Shown: positions 11,769-25,297, numbered from the stretch's first letter. The stretch: 64,000 nucleotides of DNA from Octopus sinensis (GCF_006345805.1 NC_042999.1:46004001-46068000); one strand, 5' to 3'. Translations and numbers: made by a program. Notes: generated by a model from the letters alone, not told the origin.

Positions 11769-14700
11769 TCAGTAAAATAGCAGTATAGAGTTTGTACTCA
11801 TACTTATATGTAGGTTTATATTTTTCCAATACTTTGTGACAGAAGAAAAAAAAAAGAAAAAAACTTTCTCGTTTTACTTTGTTGGTAGTTTACTACTACT
11901 TCCACTAATGAAACTCGATTAGTTTAATCTTAGACTATTTTCGCAATCATTCTTCCAACAGTGTAATCTGGGAACAATTGATGAAATTGAAGTTTTCTAG
12001 TTTTATTGCTTGTTACTTTCTATTGTGAATAATACCCATGACTGTGAGTGTGTGTTTATAAGCACATATATATTTTTTCTCAATGGTATTTTAGCTCTCT
12101 TATTCATTTAATCGAGAGCATCTTGAAAATAATCTCTCTGTACGAGCCTAAGTTTTGCTTCTCCATTTATTATTATTATTATTATTTTTATTATTATTAT
12201 TATTATTTTCTTTCTGCAGCAATTAAACTTGCGAAAGCACCATTCGCTATTTTGGTATTTACTGAAGCTTCGAATAGTGTAAACATAGAAACAATTTCTT
12301 ACATTAGTTGATTGCTATGTAATGAGAGGTTTTGTTCACATGTGTGTTATCTGATGTTTTGTTGTGGTCTTTGGCATTAACAACTATTACCAAATGACTA
12401 GATATACTGATAGTATCGACTGCTCCATCAATACTATGATTTAGTGAAAGAATTTTCAAACTTTCTGTCGCTGCAAAGAGAAGTGAACTATAATATATTC
12501 TACACATGAACTAGTAAGTGGCAGATGAATTAACGCCTCACAGGAGACTTTAACAGATTTAGGCTTCGGTACTGTTTTCATGGAGATTGCTTAATAAGCT
12601 ACTTTTTCCTTCTGAGTAAATATTTTTCTTGTTAAACTTCTCTGCTTGGTCCAAAACCATCGTACATCACTATAGCTTTACCCAGAGACTGTAATTGATT
12701 GCAGTTCTATATTCTGCTAGTGTGAAATATTTCAGCTGCAAACATTTGAGATTAACTTTATCTCATTCAACCATTATAACTAATATATAATATCTGTCAC
12801 CGCTAATCTTGTATACTTTATTGCCAATTCTTTTCCGCTCTCTGTGTATCATTTCATTGCTAAGTTCTGTCTGTCTATGTCTAATATCAATAGCAGCAGC
12901 AGCAACACCAGCTCATGCCAAATACCGAATTCTTCTATCAGTTAAGAGTCTTTCATGATATTTTACAATAAGTACCCAATAATCTAATTGTATTGAAATT
13001 GTAAATGTTTCTTAAGAAAATATATAACTGACTGCAACTCCTGCTCCTTCCTCACCAAATCAGCTAATGTTTCTTAACTTACAGTATCAAGAATGTGATA
13101 TGCGTTATGGTATTATTCACAGAATGAATGAAATATGTGGAGAATACAGTCTCTTGATATATGAATTCTAAAGATAGTATTTAAATTATTTCATATTTTA
13201 TATTACATTTTATAGATATAGATTTACAATATTGTTTAAATAATTAACTTATTGTTTAAATATTTAAGCAATATTTGAATTAATGACGATGTTATTTAGT
13301 AAGAATCATGAATAACTACCGCCAGGTTTTTGTTTACCTTCTCAAGCCGAGACAAATTTTTATTCCTCGCAATTCTTTTTTCTTTTGCATTCGTCATTCA
13401 GTACATCACCATCTACCTGAATTATCTAAAAGTGATGTCCATGAAGTTCATGACCCAATGTTAATTCCTAGTTCCTGGTTGAAGTTATTTCTCTCCATTT
13501 ACATTGTTAACATCACTGGAGGGAAAACAAAAATTAATAAGTAGAACATCAAAAAACAATAATCTGAACAGCAGAAACCCGCCTCTTAGGCCTTTCCTGT
13601 TGTCAAATAAAATATAAGGTTTAATGTAAGGTATTGATGATATCGGAATTAACAATTCTCAAGTGGAGAATATATTTGGTAGATTCATTAAAAAGCTGTT
13701 AGATAAACAATTTCAGTAATCAGGGAATAACAATATTTATTGACTTTTTGTCATAATACTTGAATGTGTCATTTTTATCCCCTGATTTTTCAAATCATGA
13801 CAGTTATTGTCTGAAGTAACAAGGCAGTTTTTTCATTGCTGCTGCTGTTGTTATTGCTGTTATTATTAGTAAAATGTTAATAGAATTTAAACTGAGCTGT
13901 TTAGATGTGCTAGCAACTCTTTTGTTGAGTAAGTCTTATTTTTATTACATTCCCAAACCCAATATTGCATTTTTAGAAAGGGAAATAAATAAATAAATTA
14001 ATGAAATAAAAAATAAAACACTATACATAAATGAAAACAAAACTGGAAATATTCTCTTATCATAATATCTATTTTTGCAATACAACCAGCTTTCATACTT
14101 TGAATGAGCTACAAATATATTCATTTTATTTCGAAATATAATACACTGACTTGAGAAATTATCCGACCCCCCTACTTCCCCCCACTCTCACGCCCACCTG
14201 TCCCACTTTTCCACTTTCTATAATAATTTCTGGTTTCTCATGAATAATGCTCTGGCATTTCCAAACTGAATCAGTATACAATCTGTCACCCGTCTCCTGG
14301 GTTTACCAAAAAGCTTTTGATAAATAGCTCATAGTGAATAGATTCATTTCTACCTGAAGACATTCTTGTAATATACTTAAACCAATGTAGCTAACTCTTG
14401 TCCATTTGCAAGGATACTGAAGATAATTATTAATATTCTACTGATGCTGAAAAATTGAATCTTAACATTTCTCTCTCAAAAGTTATTTATTTTAATTTCC
14501 AACTGAACAAACGAGTCAGATAAATGGAAGTTGGCATAACTAATAGACAGAGATGGTAAAGATCAGCATCATATTTATTACCTTACAAGAAAATTATAAA
14601 CTTAATAATAATAATAATAACAATAATAAGGATTTCAAATTTTGGCACAAGGCCAGCAATTTCAGGGAGAGGGTAAATTGATTACATTGACCCCCCAGTG

Positions 14701-14855
14701 CTCAACTGGTACTTATTTTGTCGACCCCCTGAAAGGATGAAAGGCAAAGTTGACTTCAGTGGAATTTGAACTCAGAACGTGAAGACAAGTAAAATGCCAC
14801 CAATCATTTTGCTCGACATGCTAATGATTCTGCCAGCTTGCCACCTTAATAATAA

Positions 14856-14987
<132 letters not shown>

Positions 14988-15212
14988 TGCAAAAGATTGT
15001 CTTAACTGGTACATCACACGTATTGAGAAGAGCATTGTCGATGTGAGAACTGTTGCTGCTCATGTATTTTAATATAACTTAAAAAAAAAAAATGAACGAA
15101 CTATTGAGTTTGGTTTAATGGCCTACCAATGTATACTATGAGTTTCTTTGCTCTAGGAGTCGGGAAGACACTCGGCAAGAAATGGAAGCAAATTTGAAAG
15201 AAGAAAAATAAA
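14988..15212 (+). mobile_element. 3' fragment of an R4/Dong-like (REL-endonuclease) non-LTR retrotransposon
   Basis: QKIVLTGTSHVLRRALSM* (stop 15044-15046); 3' UTR ctctaggagtcgggaagacactcgg matches the copy at 27938-28346. Confidence 0.75.
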
Positions 15213-15663
15213 GTAATAATTATTATTATTATTATACTTTAAGTTTCAAATTTTGGCACAAGGCCAGCAAGTTTAGTGGGAGTGGGTAAGTCAATTACAT
15301 CAACACCTGTGCTCAACTGGTGCTTATTTTATCGTCCCTGAGAAGATGAAAGACAAAGTTGACCTCTGCAGAATTTGAACTCAGAATGTAAGGACAAACG
15401 AAATGGTGTTAAACATTTTATCTGGCATACTGATGACTCTGCCAGCTGGCCACCTTAATAATAAGTTTCTACTAAAGGCACAAGGCCTGAAATTTGAGGG
15501 GAGGGGGACAATTCGATTACATCGACCCCAGTGCATAACTGGTACTTAATTTATTGACCCTGAAATGATGAAAGGCAAAGTCGACCTCGGCAGAATTTGA
15601 ACTCAGAATGTAAGGATGAACGAAATGCCGCTACACATTTTGCCTGGCAGCTCACCACCTTAA

Positions 15664-15885
15664 CCCTTTCATTACTGAATTTATTTTGAGATGCTCTGTG
15701 TTTCTTTCAATTACTTTAAATATAACAAAGAATTTAGTAAAATAACTTAGTTATCATTAAGCTAGTGTTAGGAACATAAATTGTGACTAATGGTTTGGTG
15801 GAAGATTTTAATTCAGAACGTTTGAAAACAAGACATTTGTACTACAGAGCCAGAGGCGGTTTCAGCCAGGTTGGTAACGAAAGGG
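15664..15885. mobile_element. piggyBac-type MITE (222 bp)
   Basis: TTAA at 15660-15663 and 15886-15889; TIRs ccctttcattac / gtaacgaaaggg. Confidence 0.85.
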
Positions 15886-16490
15886 TTAATAATAGTAATA
15901 ATAATAATTGTTTCTAATTTTGGCTCAAGACTAGCAATTTACTGGAATAGTGATAGGGTTAGGGTTAATTTTATCAATCCCAGTGCTTGACTGGTACTCA
16001 TTTTGTTGACCAATTCTGAAAGGATGAGTTTCTAAAATGTATAGAAAAGTTCAAAGTATTACTTTGGTCGAATGGTAGAACACCTGTCATGTGTACAGGA
16101 AATGTGGGTTGGAATCCCAGGGGCAGCTTTCAATTTTTTCTATCTAAAGGGTTTTGAAACGCAATATTTACACACTATTATTTATAGCTTTATCAGCTTC
16201 AAGGTAAACTTTCAGAAAGAAAAAAATGTGATTGTTTCAAATTTTGGCATAGGGCCAGTAGTTCTAGTGGGAATGGGGTTTGCTGATTACCCTGATCCCA
16301 CCAATCGTCAACTGGAACCTATTTTATCAACCCTGAGGAAATGAACAACAAATTCTACCTCGGTGGAATTTGAATTCAGGATATAAAGAATTGAAAGAAA
16401 TACCACTAAGCATTTTTCCGAATGTGCTAACAATTCTGCTAGCTTACTTCCTTAATAATAATAATAATAATAATATGTATAATAATAATT

Positions 16491-17095
16491 TGCAAAAACC
16501 TGAACCAGCCTCATGATAAAAACTGGCAGGAACACAAACCACCTCCAGTGCTTTAAAATGATCACATCTCACTCCTCTGGAACTTCATCGTTCAAGCTAA
16601 CAGAAAGATAGATGTGAATAGGACAGGCATTGTATTGAAAGATTTCAGACAAAAACCATGCCTCCTCATTGATATGACTCTGTCCCAATCAATATAAATG
16701 TTTTCTGTCAAGATCTACCAAAAACTGAGCAAGTATAAAGAGCTTGAAGTAGAAATTGGCAAAATGTGGAACCTCAAGTCTAAAACAATACCTTTTGTCA
16801 TGAGTGCCCTGGGAATGAGAGCAAAAGGGGATTGATTCCTACCTAGCTCAAATACCAAATGGCAGAAATTCAAAAGATAGTGCTCATGGGAACTGCCCAT
16901 ATCCTCTGTAAAGTACTAATTTTAAACCAAACCTGTAATTTTCTTGTTTTCTTAAACATTCTCTAGAACGAAACTATGTGCAAAACCAAATATATGACAC
17001 CTTGGGCATAACACCAACAGGAACTTGTTGTCTCTTGAGGTCTCTGAGTGAGACTTGGAGTCAGCTTGTACAAATACAAAGCAAAAGTCAAACAT
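16491..17095 (+). mobile_element. Decayed 3' portion of an R4/Dong-like LINE (REL endonuclease domain)
   Basis: Broken frames give WQEHKPPPVL, LLWNFIVQANRKIDVNRTGIVLKDFRQKPCLLIDM, KLSKYKELEVEIGKMWNLK and QKIVLMGTAHILCKVL; flanked by (AAT)n/(GAT)n. Confidence 0.8.
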
Positions 17096-17128
17096 ATGAT
17101 GATGATGATAGTAATAATAATAATAATA

Positions 17129-17166
<38 letters not shown>

Positions 17167-17382
17167 CTAATAATGATAATCCTTTCTACTAAAGGCACAA
17201 GGCCTGAAATTTGGGGAGGGGGTTAGTCGATTACATCTACCCTAGTGCTTAACTGGTGCTTCTTTTATTGACTCGGTAAGGATGAAAGACTAAGTTGACC
17301 TCAGTGGCATTTGAACTCCGAACATAAAGACAGATGAAATGCCGCTAAGCATTTTGCCTGGCATGCTAAAGGTTCTGCCAGC

Positions 17383-17404
<22 letters not shown>

Positions 17405-17413
<9 letters not shown>

Positions 17414-17740
17414 TTAACATCCGCTTTCCATGCTGGCATGAGTTGGATGTTTTGACTGGAGGCTGCACCAGGCACCAGTCTGATCTGGCAATGTTTCTAC
17501 AGCTGGATGCCCTTCCTAACACCAACCATTCCAAGAGTGTAGTGGGTGGTTTTTATGTGGCACTGGTAACAACCACGTTGAAATGGTGCTTTTTATGTGC
17601 CACCGGCACGGGACCAGTCAGGCAGCACTGGCAACAATCACATTTGAATGGTGCTTTTTATGTGTCACCAGCACGGAACCAGTCAGGTGGCACTGGCATT
17701 GACCACGCTTGAATGGTGCTTTTTACATGCCACCACCTTA
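17405..17740 (-). mobile_element. RTE LINE 3' tail fragment
   Basis: (CAT)n-tttaacatccgctttccatgc...gctggatgcccttcctaac, the same tail as the RT-bearing copies at 36251 and 41251. Confidence 0.8.
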
Positions 17741-17837
17741 ATAATAATAATTATTATAATAATAATAATATTACACAATAGTAATATAATAATAATATTA
17801 TAGTATACAATAATAATAATGTACCCTTATTATATAG

Positions 17838-17932
17838 TGTACCCTTATCAGACAGGTTGTCATAATGGGTATACTGGGCTTCGTATATTTTTAGCCAGTG
17901 TCACTTTGATGGCATGCACTGCTCGCTCACTC
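17838..17932 (+). mobile_element. 5'-truncated copy of the 546-bp AAT-associated element (family H)
   Basis: Matches the 3' end of 56610-57156 (reverse complement) and ends in (AAT)n. Confidence 0.8.
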
Positions 17933-20900
17933 AATAATAATAATAATTTTTTTCTGTACTGCCCACAAGGGGCTAAACATAGAGGTGACAAACAAGGACA
18001 GACAAAGGGATTAACTCAATTACATCAACCCCAGTGCGTAACTGGTACTTTATTTATCAACCCCGAAAGGATGAAAGGCAAAGTCGACCTCAGCGGAATT
18101 TAAACTCAGAACATAACGACAGATGAAATACCACTAAGCATTTCACCCGACGTGCTAACATTTCTGCCAAATAATAATAATAATATTTGTTTCAAAGTTT
18201 TAGGGCATGGAGTCAGTCAGTGTAATCAGATCTAGTGCTTGATTCATATTTTATTACATTCAGGTCCCCAAAGAATGGAAATACTATTGGCCCAGTACTT
18301 GACTGGTACTTTATTTTATCAAGTCTTGGAGGATTAAAGGCCAAAGTTGATTGTGGTAGAATTTGAACCCAGAACGTTTAAAAGACAGAAACCAAAAACA
18401 AAATAAATAACATAAACATTTTGTTCATTGGTCTAATGTTTCTGCTAAGCTCCTGATTGGACTTTCATAGTGAGACCCAATTGAAGTTGACTTATCCCTA
18501 GTATGCGGCTGGTACTGTCTTATCAACTTTGGAAAGATTGAAGATCAAGGTCAATTTCTGCAAGATTTGAAGTTTGGTAAATGGCAGAGTGGAAACCTAA
18601 AACACTGGAACTTAACTTTTAATCTAATTCTTCAAACAGTGGAATAAATTTTATGCCTCACAGCATGAAATTACACGGTGGAATAAATTTTATGGCTCAT
18701 AGCATAAAATTCATTCCGGTGTTTGAATTATTTGTATTACTATTTACCAATGCAGAACATCACTGATTTCTTCAGATTCTACAGCTTTTGCTTTTAATTG
18801 AATGCTCTATCATTTCTGAGACACTCTGCTGCTACCTTGATATCTACGCCGGCAATAATAGCCTTTAAGGAAACAATTATTTCTTAATTTGGGGGAAAGC
18901 CATAGATTTCTAGACAAGGAGATTTTGCAACTATATGGTTACAGTTGTTTGAGCATTAGATAGAACACCCTTGTGAGATTTGCTCTGTATCTCTGTGCTC
19001 TCAGGTTCAATTCCTGTCAAGGTCAGTTTCCATCCATTGAGGGTTACTAAAATTCAGTATCAATCAAGGACAGTAGATTGGTAGAATAATTTTGTAGCAG
19101 TTGTGGTGGCTCTTTGCATTCAAATCACATCCGAGCAGCTTACCTGAGTTGCAGGCTTAATCCAGCACTTGGTTGAACACCAACATCTGGAACATTGAGA
19201 ATCTTTATTGGAGTTCATTTCATGCATGCATTTGGGTAGCCAAGGACTTTAGTTTGAGGTTCTCTCTCCCTCTCTCTCTCTCTCCCCACAAGAGATAAAG
19301 GATCCTGTTGAAGGATCCTGGGTACCTTGCCCAAGAACACAACACACAGCCCAGTCCAAGAATCAAACTCACTATCTCATAATTGTGAGCCCGACATTCC
19401 TTGGAGCTTTAATAATAATAATAATAATAATAATAATCTCCTTAAAAAATGTAAGAAATACAATAATAATTTATGCTGCTTTAGCTTTTAAGAATTTTTT
19501 TGGTATTTGTAATTTGATCTTACCTTGCAGAAATTCTTAATTTTGTTTTTTACTTTTTTTTGTGTGCATGTGTGTGTAGTGGTTGAGAGTGGCGGGTGGA
19601 GAGCAATAATTGGTAAAGTCTGTTAATCAGAGAAAAGTGCACAGTATAAATATTTTTTCTTAAGTTTCATATTATCAGTCTTTTTTTATTATCTATTTAG
19701 TTTTTTTTTCTTTTCTTGTACAACTATTTCCCCAATTTCTAAATAGATTTAGAATGAGAGAGCTTTCAGAATAGAAAATTAGATAATATAGCTAGGCATA
19801 GAATTAAATGATATGTTAATACAATATAGTGTATCAGTCAGTCGTGTTATATTTGCCTTTATCATCATAATGTTTTTTTGTTTTTGTTTTTTCCTTCTCC
19901 AGATGATTCCACCACCATATTGTAATCAGAAAGCTATTGCACTAAACATGAAACTCATCCTCCCTGCTTCGTTGTGTGTTTCTATATATGCGTGTGTTGG
20001 ATGTATCTGGGAGCTGGTACATGATTGCATGTTGTTGCATTGTGTAGAACAGATAGCAAAGTTTCAATCAGAACACTGTAGAGTGCTCCACAGGCATCAT
20101 CATTATCATCATCATCATCGTCGTCGTCGTCATCATCATCTTCCTCATTGTTCATTGTTATCAGTGTTAAATTCACTGTCCTTATATGATTGTCCTGGGT
20201 TAGGGTTAGGGTTCTGTTTTACGATATCCTCGGCACAATGCTGAATTTGCAACAGCACAGATATGGCAGAACTGATAGCAAATAACTTGAGTGTGGTAAG
20301 GGTTTGTGTAGGCCTGAGAAACGTGGGTAGATTTTTATGGTTCTCTGCGTTTCCACGTTCTACTGCAGTGACTGCTGTAGGTGAATATGGAAAGCAATAA
20401 TTACTTGGTTAGATATGATATGTAACAGGTTTCACTTTAGGTTCACACATGAATATCTACACGCACTTTTTTGCTATTAAGGAGGAACAAAATCTGATGG
20501 GTCTTGATTTGACTTTTTTTTTTTGTGTGTGTTTTTCTTTTCACATTACTGCCCATCATCTGTTGTGCTTTTTTTTCATTTTTTTCTTATCCTTATCTTT
20601 TATTCTTTCTTAAAGGAACAGTAATAACAATTTCATTTAGCGAAGCATCAGGGCTTGCTTTTTTTTTTCTTTTTTTCTGCAGTCTTCATAAAAAGCTTGG
20701 TTGATTGAACTGATCGCATGCCCACCCCCACTCCCCTTCTCCCACCCGTGCCTACACTGAAAATTATTAGTAGTTCTTTTATTGTCGCTGGATGGGCTTG
20801 ATAAAATCACTGCTATTAACCATGCACCAACATCTAGCCATCTACACACAAACACCTATATACACACTATATACGTACATACATACATATATGTATATAT

Positions 20901-21076
20901 ATATATATATATATGCATGTGTGGGCCTAAATGTATCTATGTTTGTGCGTGCATAAAACAATGTATTAGGTTTACACTCAGGAAAAATAGAAGGAAAACG
21001 CTTTTATGTTTCAAGTATACACTCTTCTACAGAAAGAACAGACAAAGAGAGAATAAAATGTAGTAAAGGAAGATGC

Positions 21077-21116
<40 letters not shown>

Positions 21117-22139
21117 ATAAATGTGTATACATATTTATGCACACACATACACATGCACATATGTTCTGAGCATCTGAATCATATTATGTGTAAGGTATTA
21201 TGAATGCATTTTCTGTGTGTATGTATTGTAGTGTAATATACAACAAGGAGTTGTAAAATAAATCGTTATAAGTCAGCCCTTGCAGAGCCAGATCGATAGC
21301 AAATAATTTCACATACACACACACAAACACACATTCTAGAAATTATATCTATTCAGAGCAACAAAAAAAAAAATTATAAAAAAAAAGCAAAAAATAAACA
21401 AGCAAAAACTCTTCCTGATAACCAGATGATTTGGAATCTTCTGAAACATATTGGTAATAAACTCAAAAGTCGATCGTATCTATATGTGTTGTTGTTGTTA
21501 TTTGGTGTTTGGTAGGAAGAGACAAACTAAAATACTGCAATGCATTTTGTCTGACACTCCATTTCCATGACCACTTTTCATCAAATGAACAATAATTATA
21601 ATGATAACAATGCTGCAAATAGGAGTGAAAAAGCCAGATTAATACAAACCAGTGAAGAGCCCTTTATTTTACAAAAAAAAATTTTTTTTTGTAGTATTTT
21701 CACGAGTTGATAGAAACAGCAACCAAATCTTCCTCACATCACAGACTGCCATCATAAAAACAAAAACACAAAAAAAGCAAAAAAATTCAGTAGATAATGG
21801 GATCTTTCAAAACAGTACAGTCATCATCATCATCATCATCATAAATTAATGTCCGCTTTTCCAAGCTTGCATATGTGAACTAGAATTCATTCATTTAAGG
21901 CAGATATCTGCAGCTGGATGCTCTTCCCCTCTACAACCCTCACTTGATTTTAAGCAAGATATTGTATATCATAGTGCTTCAAATACAAAACAGTTCAGTG
22001 ACTGGACTTGCTTTCACAGGGGCTTGCAAATGAGCCCCATTGCTACTAGTATATCAGTGACATTTCTTTAGAATTAGTGCATGGTTTCTAGATATGGACA
22101 TTATATCTGCAGGTGGTAGTGGGGGAGCATTAGGGGGGA

Positions 22140-22312
22140 AATAATGTTGACTTGAATGTTTTTGGTCTGGGGAGATGGCATGCCTATCACACTAATGCCA
22201 GTGCTCAACAGTACTTAATTTATCAACCCTGATTTTAAATCCAGAACAGAAAGATGGACACTAAATGTTTTCTTCGGCATTCTAACAATTCCAATTCTGC
22301 CAACTCAGCATC

Positions 22313-22343
<31 letters not shown>

Positions 22344-22592
22344 TTCAAATTTTGGCACAGGATCAGCAATTTGGTGGGAGAGGTTAAGCTGAGTATATTG
22401 AACCCCAGTGCTCAACTGGTCCTTACTTCAACTCAGAAAGGATGAAAGGCAAAGTTGACCCTGGCAGCATTTGAATTCAGAACTTTAAGTCAGAAGAAAT
22501 TCCACTTAGCATTTTGTCTGGCACAGTAACAATTCTGCCAGCTCACCACCTCGAAAATATAAATAATTATAGCAATCATAATAATAACTGTA

Positions 22593-22626
<34 letters not shown>

Positions 22627-22845
22627 CTTAAGCAATAATGATATCTTCGTTAATGGACAGAAGGCCATAAATTCGCTGGAGAGGCTTAGATAATTAAATT
22701 GACTCCAGTACTTGAACATTGCATTGCTAAAGTGATGAAAGGCAAATTTGACCTCACTGAGATCTGAACTTGGAAGGTGAAGGACCCAAAGAAATGCCTC
22801 AAGGCATTTCGTCTGACCCTTTAACAATTCTGCCAATCCACTGCC
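22140..22845 (-). mobile_element. Family-A SINEs, three minus-strand copies
   Basis: ggatgaaaggcaaagttgacc...tttgaattcag...ctgccagctcaccacc motifs at ~22140-22300, 22343-22550, 22630-22845. Confidence 0.8.
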
Positions 22846-22849
22846 CAAT

Positions 22850-23060
22850 AATAATAATGATAATAATAATAATAATAATAATAATAATTAGAATTAGAAT
22901 TAGAATAATATGGACAATAATAATAATAATTATAATAATAGTAATCATAATGATGATGATTATAATTATAATAATATGGACAATAATAATGATGATGATG
23001 ATGATAATAATGATAATAGTATGGACAATAATGATAATAAGGATAAATTATCACTATTAT
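22850..23060. repeat. Compound (AAT)/(GAT) microsatellite with repeated tatggacaataat unit and (TTAGAA)3
   Basis: Directly visible. Confidence 0.9.
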
Positions 23061-23556
23061 TTCTAAGTAAAGCAGTGAGCTGGCAAAATTGTTAAGGCAT
23101 AGAAAAAAAATCTCTTTTTGGTATTTCTTCCAAATCTTTACATTCTGAGTTTAATCTTGCCAGGGTCAACTTTGCCTTTCATCTTTTTGAGGTTGCTACA
23201 AAAAGTACCAGACAAACTCTGGGGTCACTAGCATTGACTAAAACCCTTTCCTCTAAAGTACCTAAATGAGAAACCATTATATTATTACTTCACCCTGGTG
23301 GCAAATAAATTAAATCATAAGGTGGCGAGCTGGTGGAATCATTAGCATGTTGGGCAAAATGCTTAGTGGTATTTTGCCTGTCGCTATGTTCTGAGTTCAA
23401 ATTCTGCCGAGGTTGACTTTGCCTTTCATCTTTTCGAAGTCAAGAAAATAAGTACCAGTTGAACACTGAGGTTGATGTAATCAACTCATTCCCTCTCACA
23501 AAATTGCTGCCCTTGTGGCAAAATTTGAAACCATTATTATTATTATTCCTATTATT

Positions 23557-23699
23557 GAGTGAGAGAGCAGTGCATGCAATCAAAGTGACCCTGGGGTAAA
23601 ATATACGAAGCCCAGTATACCCATCATGACTACTTGTCTGATAAGGGTACTCCAGGCATATGCATCACAACCATATGTGCGCAACATGGTGATCTCATA

Positions 23700-23701
<2 letters not shown>
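23557..23701 (-). mobile_element. 5'-truncated family-H element
   Basis: gagtgagagagcagtgcatgcaatcaaagtgac... as at 56610; flanked by (ATT)n. Confidence 0.85.
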
Positions 23702-23742
<41 letters not shown>

Positions 23743-23957
23743 AGCATTGAGATGGCAGAACCATTTGCATGTTATGCTGGGCAAAATGCGTAGTGACATT
23801 TTGTCTGTTCTTACGTTCCGAGTTCAAATTCCGTTGAGGTTGACTATGCCTTTCATCCTTTTGGGGGTTGCTGAAATGAGTACCCGTTACACACTGGGGT
23901 CAATGTAATTGACTTGCCAAACTTGCTGGCCTTGTGCCAAAATTTGAAACCATTATT

Positions 23958-24021
<64 letters not shown>

Positions 24022-24228
24022 TTACTTTTGAGGCAGCGAGCTGGCAGAATCATTAGCACACCAGGCATTTCACCCATCCTTACATTCTGAGTTCAAATTC
24101 CACCAAGGTTGACTTTGCCTTTCATTCTTTCGTGGTTGATAAATTAAATACCAGGGGTTGATGTAATCGACTAGTCCCCTCCTGCCAAATTTCTTTAGTA
24201 GAAAGGATTATTATCATTATTATTATCA

Positions 24229-24519
24229 TAGATATGGCACAGTATACAATATCATGAGGTTGTTGATTGAGGATATTGTGTCTACCAGGAGTTTATACTG
24301 TTTGTCAAGTCACAAGGACCTCAGACAGAAAGTACTTTACACAATATGCGTACTGTTCCAAGTAATACTGAATTTTGCAATACACCTAGATTGTAGGGTA
24401 TTTCTAAAGTTTTCAGATGTTTTTCTTAGATTGGGTAGTATTGCTCCGATGACAATAGGGATAACCTTTATGTTTGACTCTTGTAGCTGCCAGATCTTAA
24501 CGATCCCAATTCTCAGGTC
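24229..24519 (-). mobile_element. 3' fragment of an R4/Dong-like LINE (same family as 27411-27893)
   Basis: Reverse complement matches 27600-27893 (LGIVKIWQLQESNIKVIPIVIGAIL; LQNSVLLGTVRILCKVLSV). Confidence 0.8.
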
Positions 24520-25297
24520 TGAACAAAATGCTTAGTGGCATTTCTTCTAGCTTTATGTTCTGAGTTCAAATTCTGCCGAGCTTGGCTTTGTCTTTCATCC
24601 TTTTGGGGATTAATAAAAAATAAGTGTCAACCAAATATGAGAGTTAATGTATTTGACTTCCTCCTCTCCTCAAAAGAACTGCTGGCTCTGTGTCAAATTT
24701 TGAAACTGTTATTATTATCTAAAGGTGACAGAATTGTTAGCACACCCAGGAAATATTTAGCAGTATTTTGTCTATCTCTACATTCTGAGTTCAAATTCCA
24801 CTGAGGTTGACCTCGCCTTTCATCCTTTTGGGGTCGAAGCACTGAGGTTGATGAAATCAACTAGCTATCTCTCACAAAATTTCAGGTCATATCCCTGTTG
24901 TAGAAAAGATTATTATTATATTTATTACAAAGCTGGCAAGTTGGCAGAATCATTACTGTACTGGACAAAATGCATAGCAACATGTCTTCTGGCTCATTAT
25001 GTTCTGAGTTCAAATTCTACCGAGGTTAACTTTGTCTTTCATCATTTCACAGTTGACATAAATTAATAGTTGAGCACTGTGATTGATGTAACTGACTAAA
25101 CCACTTCTGTCAAAATTGCTAGTCTTATGCAGAAAAAATTTGAAACCCCATTTTCCAATACTGGGATGGGTTGGATGGTTTGAGAGGATCTGGTAAGCTG
25201 CAAGTCTACATTAAGATCCAGTGTCAACTTTGGCATGGTTTTTATGACTGGATTCCCTTCCTAACACCAACCACTTTACAGAGTGTAATGGGTGTCT

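Larger units (their letters stand above)
23065..25145 (+). mobile_element. Cluster of about 7 plus-strand family-A SINEs in (ATT)n
   Basis: Copies at ~23065-23280, 23320-23535, 23743-23950, 24030-24210, 24520-24715, 24720-24910, 24930-25145. Confidence 0.85.

Noticed and set aside
11335-11775. 146-aa ORF
   Set aside because: Runs from a SINE head through the foldback into a microsatellite; no protein-like features or splice context.
12303-12470. Minus-strand segment bounded by a good acceptor (ctctttgcag) and donor (gtaaga)
   Set aside because: All three frames contain stops and no partner exons were found.
16055-16125. tRNA-like sequence (ggtcgaatggtagaacacctgtc...gggttggaatcccagggg), and SINE heads generally
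   Set aside because: No complete cloverleaf or acceptor stem; degenerate tRNA-derived heads rather than tRNA genes.
20197-20213. gggttagggttagggtt telomere-like repeat (also ~15955-15967)
   Set aside because: Fewer than three units; compatible with chance.
19982-20330. Minus-strand frames (poly-D ORF 19982-20176; AYTNPYHTQVICYQFCHICAVANSALCRGYRKTEP*)
   Set aside because: No recognisable homology or upstream coding exons; the acidic run is a (GAT/GAC)n repeat. Kept only as strand ambiguity in the island finding.
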